From the IMG/VR virus record IMGVR_UViG_3300024352_000023, positions 1 to 64,000 of that record: DNA of 64,000 bases; one strand, written 5' to 3'. This DNA is from a virus. The notes under the pieces were generated by a model. That model had not been told where the DNA came from and made no database searches. It saw only the letters and a list, made by a program, of their open reading frames with translations. Shown here in pieces: positions 63,817-64,000 of the stretch; positions within the stretch are counted from its first letter, which is position 1, and each line of letters opens with the position of its first letter. Position numbers and translations under genes: made by a program.

Positions 63817-64000
63817 GGCTTTGATTGAAGTGAGTGCGATGGATGCAGATAGAGGATAGCTGGTACATACATGGATGCAAGTACCAGCCGTAGCGTCGGG
63901 ATTCTTGAGAACACCAGATGTGTGGTGTGAGTTACTGCATGTAGAGGTAAGCGCCAGCCCAGTCGGCATTCTTGAGGCAGGTCTCAAACGATACGTCGTC

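Overview
This 64 kb window is part of a dsDNA tailed cyanophage genome, most likely infecting a picocyanobacterium (Synechococcus/Cyanobium type). The gene content recalls S-EIV1-like freshwater cyanophages, but that assignment is an unverified inference. Host evidence: hli, two NblA-like genes, DUF4278 and a cyanobacterial-type SSB. About 1-25 kb is mostly + strand late/virion and lysis genes: end of the major capsid gene, virion proteins, Thr/Gly-rich tail fibres, two 2OG-Fe(II) oxygenases, and GH24 and GH73/M15 lysins. About 25-46 kb is mixed: primase-helicase, exonuclease, SpeD, GDP-sugar and glycosyltransferase genes, Dps and tRNA-Pro. About 46-64 kb is an almost entirely - strand early/middle arm: Gp157, SSB, T7-like PolA, ThyX, PcfJ, L,D-transpeptidase, SH3b and tRNA-Leu. 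The most striking unexplained signal is a dispersed RNA-level grammar in that arm: (i) seven copies of a 28-nt H-type pseudoknot with compensatory changes in both stems, each 18-35 nt upstream of a start codon; (ii) four hairpins sharing a GGC(A/G).../GUAAGUCC internal loop, three in this arm (one abutting tRNA-Leu) and one in the late region; (iii) ACUCA-repeat leaders in place of Shine-Dalgarno sequences. Other notable items are a circularly permuted M23 peptidase, a class-I-shaped tRNA-Leu(UAA), a split DUF5872-like gene and catalytically altered integrase and methyltransferase homologues. All family calls come from motif recognition by eye; no database searches were run.
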